Assembly (NCBI GenBank): GCA_963728635.1
Contig: CAVSKR010000001.1
Location: forward strand, 110,116-174,115
DNA length: 64,000 nt
Origin: an uncultured Chloroflexia bacterium
Lineage (GTDB): Bacteria; Chloroflexota; Limnocylindria; Limnocylindrales; CSP1-4
Reading direction: 5' to 3'
The notes under the pieces were generated by a model. It saw only the letters and a list, made by a program, of their open reading frames with translations, was not told the DNA's origin and ran no database searches. Position numbers and translations under genes: made by a program. This document shows, piece by piece, positions 38,314-48,770 of the stretch (the first letter of the stretch is position 1; the number at the start of each line of letters is the position of its first letter).

Positions 38314-40568
38314 ACGGCCGACGCATGACCGACGCCCAGATCTCCACGGCCCTCCGCGCCCACCTTCCGGCGCGGGCAGAGTCAGGCTTGCGCGAGCGGA
38401 TCCTCGACGCCGCCGAGACCACCAAGCAGCAGCGAGCCCTGCCGTCGTTCATCGGAGCGCTCAGCGAAGCTGACCCGGTCAGCCGCCGACGCAGCCTGCT
38501 CATCGCGGCAGCGCTCCTGGTGGTGCTGGCAGTCGCGAGTGCCGCGGCGGTCGGGGCGTGGCGCCTCCTCCAGCGGGACCCCATCGACGAACTGAGTCTC
38601 CAGCCGCCGGCCGATGTCCCGGCGTTCGTCCTCTCGAGCTACGAGCGGCTACCCCAGCTGCCGCCGCTCGCCCTGACCTGGCACGACAGCGACTCGGCCA
38701 GGGGCCGCATCTATGTCGATCGGTCGGGCGCGGTCCGATTCGATCGTTTCACGTCCGCCGAGGCGGCTGAACCCGCCAGCTACAGGATCCTCAGCCCCGA
38801 CCACCGCATCAGCGGGATGGCGCCCGTTGAGTCCGAGCCGGTCTGGGTCGAACAAGGGCACGAGGCCATCGGCGAGGACCCGCGGGTATTCCTCCGAACC
38901 GTCCTCAGCGGTGACGAGGGGCCGGGCTGCGAGATGGAGCGGGAGCCGAGCAACGTCGGGAGTGGCACCGTGGCAGCGGGCTGGCGATACGTCGGTCTCG
39001 AAGACGTCGCGGGGCGCCCCACGCACCATGTCGCGTGTGCCGGCGACCTCTGGATCGACATCGAGACCCGGCTCATCCTGCGCACCCAAGGTCCAGCGGT
39101 CGATGACGCTGGTCAGCCCATCCCGGTCGAGTTCACCGAGGTCACCGAGATCGAGTTCGGCGAGCAGCCCGCAGCGCTGTTCGAACCGCCGGAGGGCGTC
39201 ACCCGAATGTCGGCGGAGGAGTACAGCGCCTACATCTGCGCGCGGGATCTCCCGAACGAGATGGCGCCCGGCATCTCGGACTGTCCGTCGACTGAGGAAG
39301 CGGAGGCAACGCCGCTGCCCGACCCCTCGCCGACTCCGATGCCCACCGCGCCTCCCGGCCCGAGCGACTGCGCAGTTCCGCCGGGAGACCCGAGCGAGCC
39401 GATCGGTCCACTGGCCTGGACCCCGGAGAGTCTGAAGGGCGACTGGCCCGCGCCCGTCCGCCCCGAGCCGGCCGGAGGCGGGAGCGTCCTACCGATGCCC
39501 CTCACGCATCTGGACCCCTCGGGCGACACCGGATCCGATGCGTTCCCCTGCATCGACATCCGCGGGGTGATGGCCGACACCGGCGAGGTGCACCTCAAGC
39601 TCGACTCGGGCCAGCCGGTCGCGGATCCCGCTGAGAACTGGATCGCGTACGGCGTTGTCACCGATGAGGATGGCGACGGCGTGCCCGACTGGCGATACGG
39701 GATCGATAACACGCCCGGCGAAGCGTGTGATGAGCTGCGCAACCGCGGGTGGCGGACGAACCTTCACACCGGCCAAACGGATGCTGACTGTGAGCATGGT
39801 GATCCGGTCTGGTGGAACGGTGGCGGCTTCAAGGGCGGGTATCCGCGCTATCCGCGCGGATCGGATGCCGGCTTCCGGTTTAGCGGCGCCGTCGAGACCA
39901 CACAAGGATCGCAAGGATGGGGCTTCGAGCTGGGCATGCCCTTCTACACGTGGGCGTCCGTGATCGTGAATGGCCGGGTCGTGGCGACCGACTACGCCCC
40001 TGACACCGGCTGGCTCGTCCCGACTCGCGGTGGGAGGCCGGGGGGCACGTTCCTGCTCGGGGATCCATTCCCGAACCTCTCGATGACCGTTCCGGAAGGC
40101 TGGACCATGAATTCGGATACGATCTTCGTAGAGGTTGCTAGCGAGTTGCGACGCGTCACATGTGGAGACCTTCCGCGAGACTATCCGCGAGACACGAGTT
40201 ATCAGGCGGATTGCGCCCACATTAGGTTCGATGTGATCGACGACCCAGAGGAGCTCTGCGACGACACGATCGAGCCGCCACTCGGGTCCAGCTTCGAGGA
40301 TCTCGTGACCTATGTCGCGGGTCTCCCGACAGTCGTTTCAGAGAACGTGACGGTCGATGGCTACCGCGGGATCCACATCTCGCGGCCCGAGGACCTCGGA
40401 AACTGTGTCCTGTGGTCCTACGAAGACGTCTGGATCCTCGACGTCGACGGCGTTCGCCTGATGATCGGTTCGGTCCCCCATGGGGACCTCCTCCATGGCG
40501 ACGTCCCCGAAGAGGCAGTGAAGGCCCAGATCCGGCAGATGGTGGAGTCGATCCACTTCGAACGCTGA
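38310..40568 (+). CDS. Membrane-anchored modular protein, probable anti-sigma factor
   Basis: ATGA overlap with sigma; short cytoplasmic domain, one TM helix, LolA/RseB-like segment (EDVAGRPTHHV...LWIDIETRLILR), Pro linker, DEDGDG motif, C-terminal domain similar to the 36766-37509 protein. Confidence 0.75.
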   Translation: MNGRRMTDAQISTALRAHLPARAESGLRERILDAAETTKQQRALPSFIGALSEADPVSRRRSLLIAAALLVVLAVASAAAVGAWRLLQRDPIDELSLQPPADVPAFVLSSYERLPQLPPLALTWHDSDSARGRIYVDRSGAVRFDRFTSAEAAEPASYRILSPDHRISGMAPVESEPVWVEQGHEAIGEDPRVFLRTVLSGDEGPGCEMEREPSNVGSGTVAAGWRYVGLEDVAGRPTHHVACAGDLWIDIETRLILRTQGPAVDDAGQPIPVEFTEVTEIEFGEQPAALFEPPEGVTRMSAEEYSAYICARDLPNEMAPGISDCPSTEEAEATPLPDPSPTPMPTAPPGPSDCAVPPGDPSEPIGPLAWTPESLKGDWPAPVRPEPAGGGSVLPMPLTHLDPSGDTGSDAFPCIDIRGVMADTGEVHLKLDSGQPVADPAENWIAYGVVTDEDGDGVPDWRYGIDNTPGEACDELRNRGWRTNLHTGQTDADCEHGDPVWWNGGGFKGGYPRYPRGSDAGFRFSGAVETTQGSQGWGFELGMPFYTWASVIVNGRVVATDYAPDTGWLVPTRGGRPGGTFLLGDPFPNLSMTVPEGWTMNSDTIFVEVASELRRVTCGDLPRDYPRDTSYQADCAHIRFDVIDDPEELCDDTIEPPLGSSFEDLVTYVAGLPTVVSENVTVDGYRGIHISRPEDLGNCVLWSYEDVWILDVDGVRLMIGSVPHGDLLHGDVPEEAVKAQIRQMVESIHFER

Positions 40569-40740
40569 CGGGCCAGGGGTTCCGCGGTCTTCCCTCGAAT
40601 CAGCTTACCCGGCAGGCAACGAGTTTTACGCTCTGCGAGCGTAGTGGCCAGGGGTTCGTGTTCACAGCACCTTATCGAGTAGACCTTCGGACCGGAAGCC
40701 GAAGGTCTAGCCACGCTCAGCGGGTATCATCGCGGTCCGC

Positions 40741-40813
40741 GCGCCTGTAGCTCAGTGGATAGAGCGTCGGCCTCCGGAGCCGAAGGTCGCAGGTTCGAAT
40801 CCTGTCGGGCGCG
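40741..40813 (+). tRNA. tRNA-Arg (CCG), CCA not encoded
   Basis: GCGCCTGTAGCTCAGTGGATAGAGCGTCGGCCTCCGGAGCCGAAGGTCGCAGGTTCGAATCCTGTCGGGCGCG; -10 TATCAT at 40726. Confidence 0.96.
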
Positions 40814-40814
40814 C

Positions 40815-40836
40815 TCGAATCCCTAGTCGGGCGTGC
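40815..40836 (+). repeat. Degenerate extra copy of the tRNA-Arg 3' end
   Basis: TCGAATCCCTAGTCGGGCGTGC vs TCGAATCCTGTCGGGCGCGC. Confidence 0.55.
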
Positions 40837-40895
40837 GACCTTTCGCGTTGGCGGCCATCGGCGCCAAGGTCCGGCGCAACTCGCATGACTACGTA

Positions 40896-41855
40896 TCAGA
40901 CGGTCGGCGTGGACGAGGCGCCCGACATGACGGGGTCGACCGCGCGCCGTGCCACCGCCGCTAGGGCCTCGACGAAGGCGGGATGGGCGTTGAGCGATTT
41001 GATCCGGTGGAAGCTCAGCCCGTGACGTTCCGCCTGCTCGCGGGCGCCAATGTCGACGTCGTAGAGGATCTCGAGATGGTCGGCCAAGAACTGGACTGGC
41101 ACGACGAGCACCGACCGTCGACCGGACGCGGCAATCTCCGGCATGAGATCGGCGAAGTCAGGCTTCATCCACTCCCCCGGCTCATGCCCGGCGCTTTGCC
41201 AACAGAACTGCCATCTGTCAGCCGAGATCCCGACCTTCCTGGCCACGGCCTCGGCCGTCTCGCGCAGCTGCGCCAGATAGGCGGGCTCCTGTTCGGCAAC
41301 GCGTCTCGGGAGGCTGTGGGCGGTCATCAGAACGGCGACGTTGTCCCGCTCGTAAGGCGAGAATCGATCGAGCGCTCCGCGGACGCGATCCGTGAGCGCG
41401 CCGACGAACGCCGGCTCAGCGTGCCAGGGACCCGCGACCTCGACCTTCGGCGCCCGATCACCGAGCTCAGCCCGGGCCTCGTCGATCGCTTTCGCGTAGC
41501 CGCTCATCAGCAGCGGCGAGTACTGAGGTGAGAGGATGATCGCCGCCACCGGCTCAATCCCGCGCGAGGCAAGAGCCGCGAGGCCAGCGGTGATCGACGG
41601 CTCCGAGAAGCGCATCCCGACTTCGACCGGCCAGCCGAGCGTCGCCTCGAGGGCGGCAGCCTGGGCCCGGGTGATGTCGATGAGCGGCGAACCACCGATC
41701 ACCCGATACCGCCGGGTGAATTCGTCGACGAGGTCTGGGTCCGGCTCGCGCCCACCACGAACGCGCGCAAGGTAGCCGCGGATGTCCTCGCGCTCCAGTG
41801 ACGCCGGCGAGCCATACGTCATCAGCAGGACGCCCCGGCGCTGCTCGCGGCTCAC
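40896..41855 (-). CDS. hemH: Ferrochelatase (coproporphyrin type, CpfC/HemH)
   Basis: GVLLMTYGSP, IGGSPL, LSPQYS, TAHSLP, WQSAG...WMKPD, FLADHLEILYDVD. Confidence 0.95.
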   Translation of the reverse strand: MSREQRRGVLLMTYGSPASLEREDIRGYLARVRGGREPDPDLVDEFTRRYRVIGGSPLIDITRAQAAALEATLGWPVEVGMRFSEPSITAGLAALASRGIEPVAAIILSPQYSPLLMSGYAKAIDEARAELGDRAPKVEVAGPWHAEPAFVGALTDRVRGALDRFSPYERDNVAVLMTAHSLPRRVAEQEPAYLAQLRETAEAVARKVGISADRWQFCWQSAGHEPGEWMKPDFADLMPEIAASGRRSVLVVPVQFLADHLEILYDVDIGAREQAERHGLSFHRIKSLNAHPAFVEALAAVARRAVDPVMSGASSTPTV

Positions 41856-42898
41856 GCGAGGGCGCCGGCGCCGACCGAGTCGCGAGCCGTCTCCTCGTGG
41901 ACGAACTCGACGAGGCGCCGAAGCAGCCCCGTGTCCGAGTCGGGCAACACGCCGTGACCAAGGTTGAAGACATGACCTGGCCGGCCGTCGGCCTCGGCAA
42001 GGACCGCGCGGGCGCCCGCTTCGGTCGCTTCCCAGCCGGCCAGGACACGCGCCGCGTCGAGGTTGCCCTGGATGCCGCGGTCGTGGCCGATCCGTCGCCA
42101 GGCATCGCCGAGCGAGACTCGATGATCGATCCCGATGACCTCGCCACCGGCTTCCGCCATGAGCTCGAGGAGCGCCGCCGTGCCGGTCCCGAAATGGATG
42201 GTCGGGGTGCCATCGAGGCCTTCGAAGATCCGTCGGACGTGCGGTTGGACGAACGAGGCGTAGTCGGCTGGGCCGAGGCCGCCGACCCAGCTGTCGAACA
42301 GCTGCACGACCTCGGCTCCGGCCTCGATCTGGGCTCGCAGGTACGCCGCGACCATCGTCGACAGCCGCTCCATCAGGTCGTGCCAGGCCTCGGGCTCGCG
42401 GTACATGAACGCCTTGGCGATCGCGTAGTCGCGCGACGGCCGGCCCTCGATGAGATAGCAGGCGAGCGTGAACGGCGCCCCCGAGAAGCCGATTACGCCG
42501 GCTTTGCCGTCGAGTTCGCGCCGGACGAGACGGACCGCGTCGAGCGTGAACGACACCTCCGCGGGGTCGAACGGCCGCAGCGCTGCGACGTCGGCGGTCG
42601 AGCGGATCGGCCGGTCGATGATCGGGCCGACCTCGGGCTCGATCCGAAGGTCGACTCCCATCGGCTCGAGCGGCAGCATGATGTCGGCGAACAGGACGGC
42701 CGCGTCGACGCCGAGCTGGCGGACGGGCATGAGGGTGACCTCGGCGCACAGCTCCGGCGTCTTCGCAAGCTCGAGGATGCCGTAGCGGTCGCGGAGCCGC
42801 CGGTACGCGGCGAACGAGCGGCCCGCCTGGCGCATGAACCAGACGGGCGTGGCGTCGACCGGCTCGCGTCGACAGGCCCGCAGGAAACGATCGTTCAT
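41852..42898 (-). CDS. hemE: Uroporphyrinogen decarboxylase
   Basis: PVWFMRQAGR, LFADIM, GAPFTLACY, QLFDSW, FNLGHGV. Confidence 0.97.
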   Translation of the reverse strand: MNDRFLRACRREPVDATPVWFMRQAGRSFAAYRRLRDRYGILELAKTPELCAEVTLMPVRQLGVDAAVLFADIMLPLEPMGVDLRIEPEVGPIIDRPIRSTADVAALRPFDPAEVSFTLDAVRLVRRELDGKAGVIGFSGAPFTLACYLIEGRPSRDYAIAKAFMYREPEAWHDLMERLSTMVAAYLRAQIEAGAEVVQLFDSWVGGLGPADYASFVQPHVRRIFEGLDGTPTIHFGTGTAALLELMAEAGGEVIGIDHRVSLGDAWRRIGHDRGIQGNLDAARVLAGWEATEAGARAVLAEADGRPGHVFNLGHGVLPDSDTGLLRRLVEFVHEETARDSVGAGALA

Positions 42899-44187
42899 GC
42901 CGCGAACGCCGTTCGAGCGGCCTCGAGCGTGGCCTCGATCTCGGCCGGCCCGTGAGTCATCGACACGAACCACGCCTCGAACTGCGACGGCGGCAGCAGG
43001 ATGCCCTGATCGAGCATCGCGCCGAAGAAGCGGGCGTAGGCATCGCGGTCGGACGCAAGCGCCTCGGCGGCGTCGGCCGGCAGCGTCGGCCGGAAGAAGA
43101 CCGTCAGCAACGACCCCACCCGGGCGACCGCCACATCTCGCCCCGCGCTGGTCGCGGCCTCGGTGAGGCCCGCTGCGAGCGCCGCCGACGACGCCTCGAG
43201 GGCCGCGTAGCGCCCCTCGTCCAGCTCACCCAGCGTGGCGATGCCCGTGGCCATCGAGAGCGGGTGGCCGGAGAGGGTGCCGGCCTGATAGACGGGACCC
43301 GCCGGCGCGACGAGATCCATGAGATCCGACCGGCCGCCGTACGCGCCGATCGGCATCCCCCCGCCGATGATCTTGCCCAGCGTCGTCAGGTCGGGCGTGA
43401 CGCCGAACCGCGCCTGCGCCCCGCCGGACCCGAGCCGGAAGCCGGTTATGACCTCATCGAAGACGAGCAGGGCGCCGTCGGCGCTGGTGACCTCGCGGAG
43501 GTACTCGAGGTAGCCGTCAAGCGGTGGGATGACTCCGACGTTCGCGACGACCGGCTCGACGATGACCGCAGCGATCCGGCCGGGCTGTGCCGCGAAGGCT
43601 CGGGTCACCGCCTCGGCGTCGTTGTACGGCAACACGATGGCCGTGGCCGCGACCGCGTCGGGCACCCCGGCGCTGCCGGCGATCGCCTGCGTCGCGAGGC
43701 CGGAGCCGGCCTCGACGAGCAGGCCATCCGAATGGCCGTGGTACGAGCCCGCGAACTTGACCACGAGATCCCGACCGGTGGCCGCACGGGCCACGCGGAG
43801 GGCGCTCATGACCGCCTCGGTGCCCGAGGACGTGAACCGGAGGCGCTCGATCGACGGAATCGCCCGCCGGATCGCCTCGGCGAGCTCGATCTCGAACGGG
43901 TGGGTGGCGCCGAGGGCGAACCCGCTGCGCGCGGCGGCGGCGACCGCCTTGACGGCGCCGGCGTGCGCGTGCCCGAGGATCGCCGGACCCCAGGCGCCGA
44001 TGTAGTCGACATAGCGCCGGCCGTCGGCGTCCCAGACGAACGGCCCCTCGCCCCGCTCGAGGACGATTGGCGGCCGGCCGACCGCTCGGAATGCTCGGAC
44101 CGGGCTGTTGACGCCACCAGGAAAGAGAGCATCCGCCCGTTCGACCAGGGCTGCGGTGCGAGTGCCGCTGCCGATCTCGGTCGTCAT
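42895..44187 (-). CDS. hemL: Glutamate-1-semialdehyde 2,1-aminomutase
   Basis: PGGVNSPVRAF, SGTEAVM, FDEVITGFR, GKIIGGGMP, YQAGTLSG. Confidence 0.97.
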   Translation of the reverse strand: MTTEIGSGTRTAALVERADALFPGGVNSPVRAFRAVGRPPIVLERGEGPFVWDADGRRYVDYIGAWGPAILGHAHAGAVKAVAAAARSGFALGATHPFEIELAEAIRRAIPSIERLRFTSSGTEAVMSALRVARAATGRDLVVKFAGSYHGHSDGLLVEAGSGLATQAIAGSAGVPDAVAATAIVLPYNDAEAVTRAFAAQPGRIAAVIVEPVVANVGVIPPLDGYLEYLREVTSADGALLVFDEVITGFRLGSGGAQARFGVTPDLTTLGKIIGGGMPIGAYGGRSDLMDLVAPAGPVYQAGTLSGHPLSMATGIATLGELDEGRYAALEASSAALAAGLTEAATSAGRDVAVARVGSLLTVFFRPTLPADAAEALASDRDAYARFFGAMLDQGILLPPSQFEAWFVSMTHGPAEIEATLEAARTAFAA

Positions 44188-44873
44188 GGCGCACCCAGGA
44201 GAGCGAGGATCTCGTCCATTGGACGGTGGATCCCTAGCAGGATCGGGGTGTCGCTGACGGTCGAGCGCCGGCTCTCGGTCGCCCGCAGTGCCCGGACGAG
44301 GTCGCCGAAGGCGACGAGATCGTCGGTCTCGTAGGCGACCACGAACTCCTGCGAATCGAGCCCGAATGAGTACGCCAGGGCCTGGCGGATCATCGGGTAC
44401 TCGTGGCCGACCCGCATGTGCTCGTTCATGATCCCCTGGCGGGCCTCCTTCGAGAGGAGGTACCACTCGGTGCTCTTCGTGAACGGGTAGACGATGAGGT
44501 AGCGGGAGCGGTCGCCGCCGAAGAGCGACTGCTCCTGGTCGGTCGGCTTTCGAACGTACTGGGACAGACCGATCCGGCCGATCAGCGAATGGCGGACGGT
44601 CAGCCAGCATCCGAGCCCGGCGCGCAGGAGTCCAGCCGCTGCCGTCTCCAGCGCATCGACCGACGGTGCTATCCGCCAGAACAGGAGGTCGACGCCCGGC
44701 TCGAGACCGACCGACGAGTAGCTGATGCTGCGGACCTCCTTCAGCTCGGCCGCCGCCACGGCCTCACCGAAGCGGCAGCCGTCGTCGCGGCGCTCCTCGT
44801 CCGTCCGGCGTCGCCAGGCCGGATCGAGCCCGAGGGCGAGCGCCTGGATGTAGGTCTGCTCGTCGCCGCTCAT
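44184..44873 (-). CDS. hemQ: Coproheme decarboxylase (ChdC/HemQ, chlorite dismutase-like family)
   Basis: VYPFTK...WYLL...EHMRVG (proximal His), [12 protein letters not shown] with Gln rather than the Cld Arg; inside the hem operon. Confidence 0.88.
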   Translation of the reverse strand: MSGDEQTYIQALALGLDPAWRRRTDEERRDDGCRFGEAVAAAELKEVRSISYSSVGLEPGVDLLFWRIAPSVDALETAAAGLLRAGLGCWLTVRHSLIGRIGLSQYVRKPTDQEQSLFGGDRSRYLIVYPFTKSTEWYLLSKEARQGIMNEHMRVGHEYPMIRQALAYSFGLDSQEFVVAYETDDLVAFGDLVRALRATESRRSTVSDTPILLGIHRPMDEILALLGAP

Positions 44874-45907
44874 CGGCCGCTCTCCTCGTGGAGCCAGGTC
44901 GCGAGGTCCGCGGCAGCATAGGTGATGACGATCCCCGCGCCGGCCCGGACGATCGCCGTGACCGCCTCGGTCATCGCCCGCCGTCCGTCCAGCCAGCCGC
45001 GCTCGGAGGCGGCGGCAATCATCGCGAATTCCCCGGAGACCTGATAGGCGGCGATCGGCACGTCGAATTGGGCGCGAGCCGCGGCGACGAGGTCGAGCCC
45101 CGGGAGCGCCGGCTTGATCAGCAGAATGTCGGCGCCTTCCGCGACGTCGAGGTCCATCTCCCGGAGCGCCTCGCGGCCGTTGGCCGGGTCCATCTGGTAG
45201 CCGCGCCGATCGCCGAAGGCGGGCGCGCTGTCGGCCGCCTCCCGGAAGGGGCCGTAGAACGCGGAGGCGTGCTTCGAGGCGTAGGCCATGATCGGGGTCT
45301 GCTCGAACCCTGCCGCATCGAGGGCGGCACGGATCGCGCCGACTTGGCCGTCGATCATTGCGCTCGGTGCGACGATGTCGGCGCCGGCTCGCGCCTGGGT
45401 GACCGCCGTCTCGGCCAGCCGGACGAGCGCGGCGTCGTTTTCGACGCTCCCGTCCGCAGCCAGCGGCCCGCAGTGGCCGTGGTCGGTGTATTCGCACAGG
45501 CATGTGTCGGCGATCGTGACGAGCGGCAGCTCGAGTGCCCGGATCCGGCGGAACGCGTCCTGGACGATCCCGTCTTCGGCGGATGCTTCTGTACCCAGCG
45601 GGTCCTTCGACTCTGGCAGACCGAACAGGATGACGCCGCCCACGCCGAGCTCGGCCAGGCGCGCGGCTTCCGCGGCGGCGAGGTCCGGCGACAGCCGGGC
45701 CTGACCGGGCATCGAACTGATCGCGTCGCGGCGGCCCGCGCCCGGTTGCACGAACAGCGGAGCGACGAGCATGGATGGATGAACGCGGGTCTCCCGGACC
45801 AGCGCCCGCAGCGCGGGTGTGCGCCGCAACCGTCGGGGTCGGACGGGCAGCGATGCAGAAATGGCGGGCGGCGCGGACGAGGGCGGTGCTTCGAGATCGA
45901 GCGTCAT
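44870..45907 (-). CDS. hemB: Porphobilinogen synthase (Zn-type)
   Basis: [41 protein letters not shown]. Confidence 0.97.
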   Translation of the reverse strand: MTLDLEAPPSSAPPAISASLPVRPRRLRRTPALRALVRETRVHPSMLVAPLFVQPGAGRRDAISSMPGQARLSPDLAAAEAARLAELGVGGVILFGLPESKDPLGTEASAEDGIVQDAFRRIRALELPLVTIADTCLCEYTDHGHCGPLAADGSVENDAALVRLAETAVTQARAGADIVAPSAMIDGQVGAIRAALDAAGFEQTPIMAYASKHASAFYGPFREAADSAPAFGDRRGYQMDPANGREALREMDLDVAEGADILLIKPALPGLDLVAAARAQFDVPIAAYQVSGEFAMIAAASERGWLDGRRAMTEAVTAIVRAGAGIVITYAAADLATWLHEESGR

Positions 45908-47604
45908 GAGATCTCCTGCGGGTTGAGGGCCAGGGCACGTGCGGTAGCCGCGGCAAGCGCGACCGAGTCCGGAGCTGGGGAGCGGGCGAGAATCCGGAAC
46001 CCCGCCGCACGGGCTTCGTCGGCCGTCTCGGGACCGATGCAGACCGAGGGGATCGAGAGGACATCGATCAATTCGTCGCGCGCGAGCTTGACCAGGCCTC
46101 GGACCGTCGAGCCGCTGGTGAAAGCGACGGCGGCGAGCGGTCCATCCGAGAAGGCCTCCCTCAGCAGGAGCGCCGACGCTTCAGGCGCCTCGCGCGTTCG
46201 GTACGCGACGACGTCGTCGACCAAGGCGCCACGCGCCCGCAGCGCCATCGCCAGCTCCTCGTCGGCGAGGTCGCCGCGCACGACCAGGACCCGATCCCCA
46301 TGCGCGACCGGCAGCTCGATGGCCAGCGCCATGGCGCTGCTCTGGCTCGGCTGGAGCGCAATCTCGATGCCCTCGCGTTCGAGCACCCGACGCGTCGCGG
46401 GCCCGATCGCCGCCCACGACGGCGCTCCCAGCTCGGTCAGGATCCGCTCGGCCGCCTTGAGGATCGCCCGGGCGCCGTTCGCGCTCGTGATGACGACCCA
46501 GGCATACGTGTGCAGGAGCCCTGCGGCCGTATCGAGGTCTCCATGTGGCGGTTCGAACTCGACCGCGATCGTCGGAACCAGGACGGGATCGAGTCCCGCG
46601 TCCCTCAGGGCCGAGGCGAGCTCGTCGGCCTGGTCGGCAGCCCGCGTCACGAGCACCCGGCGCCGTCCGGACCGCGCCGTCTCCGGACCGACGGATCCGG
46701 CAGCACGGCGGATTCGGCCACCGGGGTCGAGCTCTGCTGCGAGCTCGCGGCCCAGTTCCTGGCCCGTCGCGGCCGGCCCACGACGGCGAGTCACGATCGT
46801 GTCCGAGCCGTCCGGGCTGGCGTAGCCGCCAAATAGCTCGAGCTCCTCGTCGGCGATCGTGGCCAGCGCTCCGATCGGGGCGCGGCAGCCGCCGCCGGAC
46901 GCGCTCAAGAAGGCCCGCTCGGCCTCGACCGCCAGGCGCGTGGCTCGATCATCGATCGTGCCGGTCAGCGCGAGCAACTTGGAATCGTCTCCCCGAACCT
47001 GGATCGCGATCGCCCCCTGGCCCGGCGCGGGCGGAACGATCTCGGGCTCGAGACGCTCGGCGATCCGGTCACCGAGGCCCATGCGGTCCAGTCCCGCGCA
47101 CGCGAGGACGAGCGCATCTGTCTCGCCCTCATCGAGCCGGCGGAGCCGAGTGTCGACGTTGCCGTGGAGCGGATGGACGACGAGGTCCGGTCGTCGAGCA
47201 AGCAGGAAGCCCGTCCGCCGCGGACTGTCCGTCCCGACGCGAGAGCCCGGCGGCAGATCGGCGATGCGCCGCTCCGTCGCATCGTCCCGGACGACGAGCG
47301 CATCGCGAGGATCGGCGCGCGGAAGATACGCGCCGATCCGGAGTCGCGGATCCTCGTCGGTCGGAACGTCCTTGGCGCTGTGGACGGCTAGATCCACGCG
47401 TCCGTCCAGCAGCGCCCGCTCGATCGCGGCGACGAACGCGCCCTCTCCCCACGCTGTGTCAGGAGCCCGACGGTCGCCCTCGGTCTCGATGATCACGACC
47501 CGGCTCGCATGACCCCCTCGTGCCAGGGCCTCGTGGACGAGCCTCGCCTGGGCCAGCGCCAGCGCGCTGCCCCGCGAGCCGATCGCGATCTCCGGGCCGT
47601 TCAC
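45904..47604 (-). CDS. hemC: Fused hydroxymethylbilane synthase / uroporphyrinogen-III synthase (HemC-HemD)
   Basis: [32 protein letters not shown]; then RVLVTRA, TSANG, VAYRT, FTSGSTV, CIGPET. Confidence 0.94.
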   Translation of the reverse strand: MNGPEIAIGSRGSALALAQARLVHEALARGGHASRVVIIETEGDRRAPDTAWGEGAFVAAIERALLDGRVDLAVHSAKDVPTDEDPRLRIGAYLPRADPRDALVVRDDATERRIADLPPGSRVGTDSPRRTGFLLARRPDLVVHPLHGNVDTRLRRLDEGETDALVLACAGLDRMGLGDRIAERLEPEIVPPAPGQGAIAIQVRGDDSKLLALTGTIDDRATRLAVEAERAFLSASGGGCRAPIGALATIADEELELFGGYASPDGSDTIVTRRRGPAATGQELGRELAAELDPGGRIRRAAGSVGPETARSGRRRVLVTRAADQADELASALRDAGLDPVLVPTIAVEFEPPHGDLDTAAGLLHTYAWVVITSANGARAILKAAERILTELGAPSWAAIGPATRRVLEREGIEIALQPSQSSAMALAIELPVAHGDRVLVVRGDLADEELAMALRARGALVDDVVAYRTREAPEASALLLREAFSDGPLAAVAFTSGSTVRGLVKLARDELIDVLSIPSVCIGPETADEARAAGFRILARSPAPDSVALAAATARALALNPQEIS

Positions 47605-48770
47605 AGGGCGAAGATGTCCCGGATCGTTCGCTCGTCACGACCGTCGGCATCCCGGCCGAGGCGCTCGAGGGGCTCGCGGAAGAGGCGCGTGGCGAGGTGC
47701 CGGGTCATCTGTTCGATCGCGTCTCGCGCCTCGGGTTCCAGGTCGGGAAGTCGCCGCCACAGCGCCGCGAGCTCAGCTTCACGTTCCTGATCCACATGCC
47801 TGACGAGCGCCTCGGCGGTGGCGCGCCCGTCACGGGCGTTCAGCCAGCCGAGGAACTGGACCGTGGCGCGATCGACGAGCGCGTCGACGGGGGCGCGCGA
47901 GCCATCCTGTGGTGTCGTGGGGTCGGGATCGGCGAGCACCAACGCGTCGGCCGGGACAAAGCGCGGACCCAGCGCCTCCGGCAGCCCTTCCGGCACTGCC
48001 GCCGGCACCGACAAATCGATGACGACGGTCGGGCTCGCACTCAGTGCATCGATTGTGGCCGCGCCGATCGGCCACGGGCCGCCGAGGGCGACCATGACGA
48101 CGGCGAACTCGGCAATCCGTACGCCCGGGTCGAAGGCCACGATCCGAGCGCCGGTTGTGGCGGCAAGGGACTGGGCGCCCTCGGCTGAACGGTTGGCGAC
48201 CGAGACCGATGCCCCAGCCGCGACGGCTGCCGTCGCGGCCAGCTGACCCATCCGGCCCGCGCCGACGACGAGGATGTGGCGACCCCGCAGCGGCCCGACC
48301 TGTCTCTCGATGATCGACAGCGCGACATCCGCCAGCGAGCGCTGCGGGCCTTGACGCCACGACCGGGCCCGGCGCCCAGCCTGCAGGGCGACCGCGAAGA
48401 GTCGCTCGAGCGCGGGGTCGAGCGCGCCGGCATCGCGGGCCGCGTCAACCGATACGCGCAGCTGGTGGAGGATCTGATCCTCCCCGACAACAACCAAATC
48501 GCGCCCGACGGCGACGGATATCGCATGGTGGATTGCCGGCTCGCCGATGAGCGCCCTGCCGCCCCGCGGAAGGTAGGCGGCGAGGGCTAAACGGGCCGGA
48601 TCGTCCGGGCTGACGACATACGCTTCGACGCGGTGGCACGTAGAGAGCACGAGCCCCTTGTCGGTCAGTTCGTCGCGGAGTCGGGTTGCGAACAATTCGC
48701 GCTCAACCGCAGGGACCTGGCGGGCGTGGGTGACGAGCGCCACGACGGCGGACGACGCGGCCTGGCTCAC
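47601..48770 (-). CDS. hemA: Glutamyl-tRNA reductase
   Basis: LSTCHRVE (catalytic Cys), VGEDQILHQ, VGAGRMG, VANRS, IDLSVP. Confidence 0.9.
   Translation of the reverse strand: MSQAASSAVVALVTHARQVPAVERELFATRLRDELTDKGLVLSTCHRVEAYVVSPDDPARLALAAYLPRGGRALIGEPAIHHAISVAVGRDLVVVGEDQILHQLRVSVDAARDAGALDPALERLFAVALQAGRRARSWRQGPQRSLADVALSIIERQVGPLRGRHILVVGAGRMGQLAATAAVAAGASVSVANRSAEGAQSLAATTGARIVAFDPGVRIAEFAVVMVALGGPWPIGAATIDALSASPTVVIDLSVPAAVPEGLPEALGPRFVPADALVLADPDPTTPQDGSRAPVDALVDRATVQFLGWLNARDGRATAEALVRHVDQEREAELAALWRRLPDLEPEARDAIEQMTRHLATRLFREPLERLGRDADGRDERTIRDIFAL

Noticed and set aside
44184-44873. Chlorite dismutase (perchlorate respiration)
   Set aside because: Distal position is Gln not Arg, the ChdC catalytic Tyr motif is present, and the gene sits inside a hem operon.
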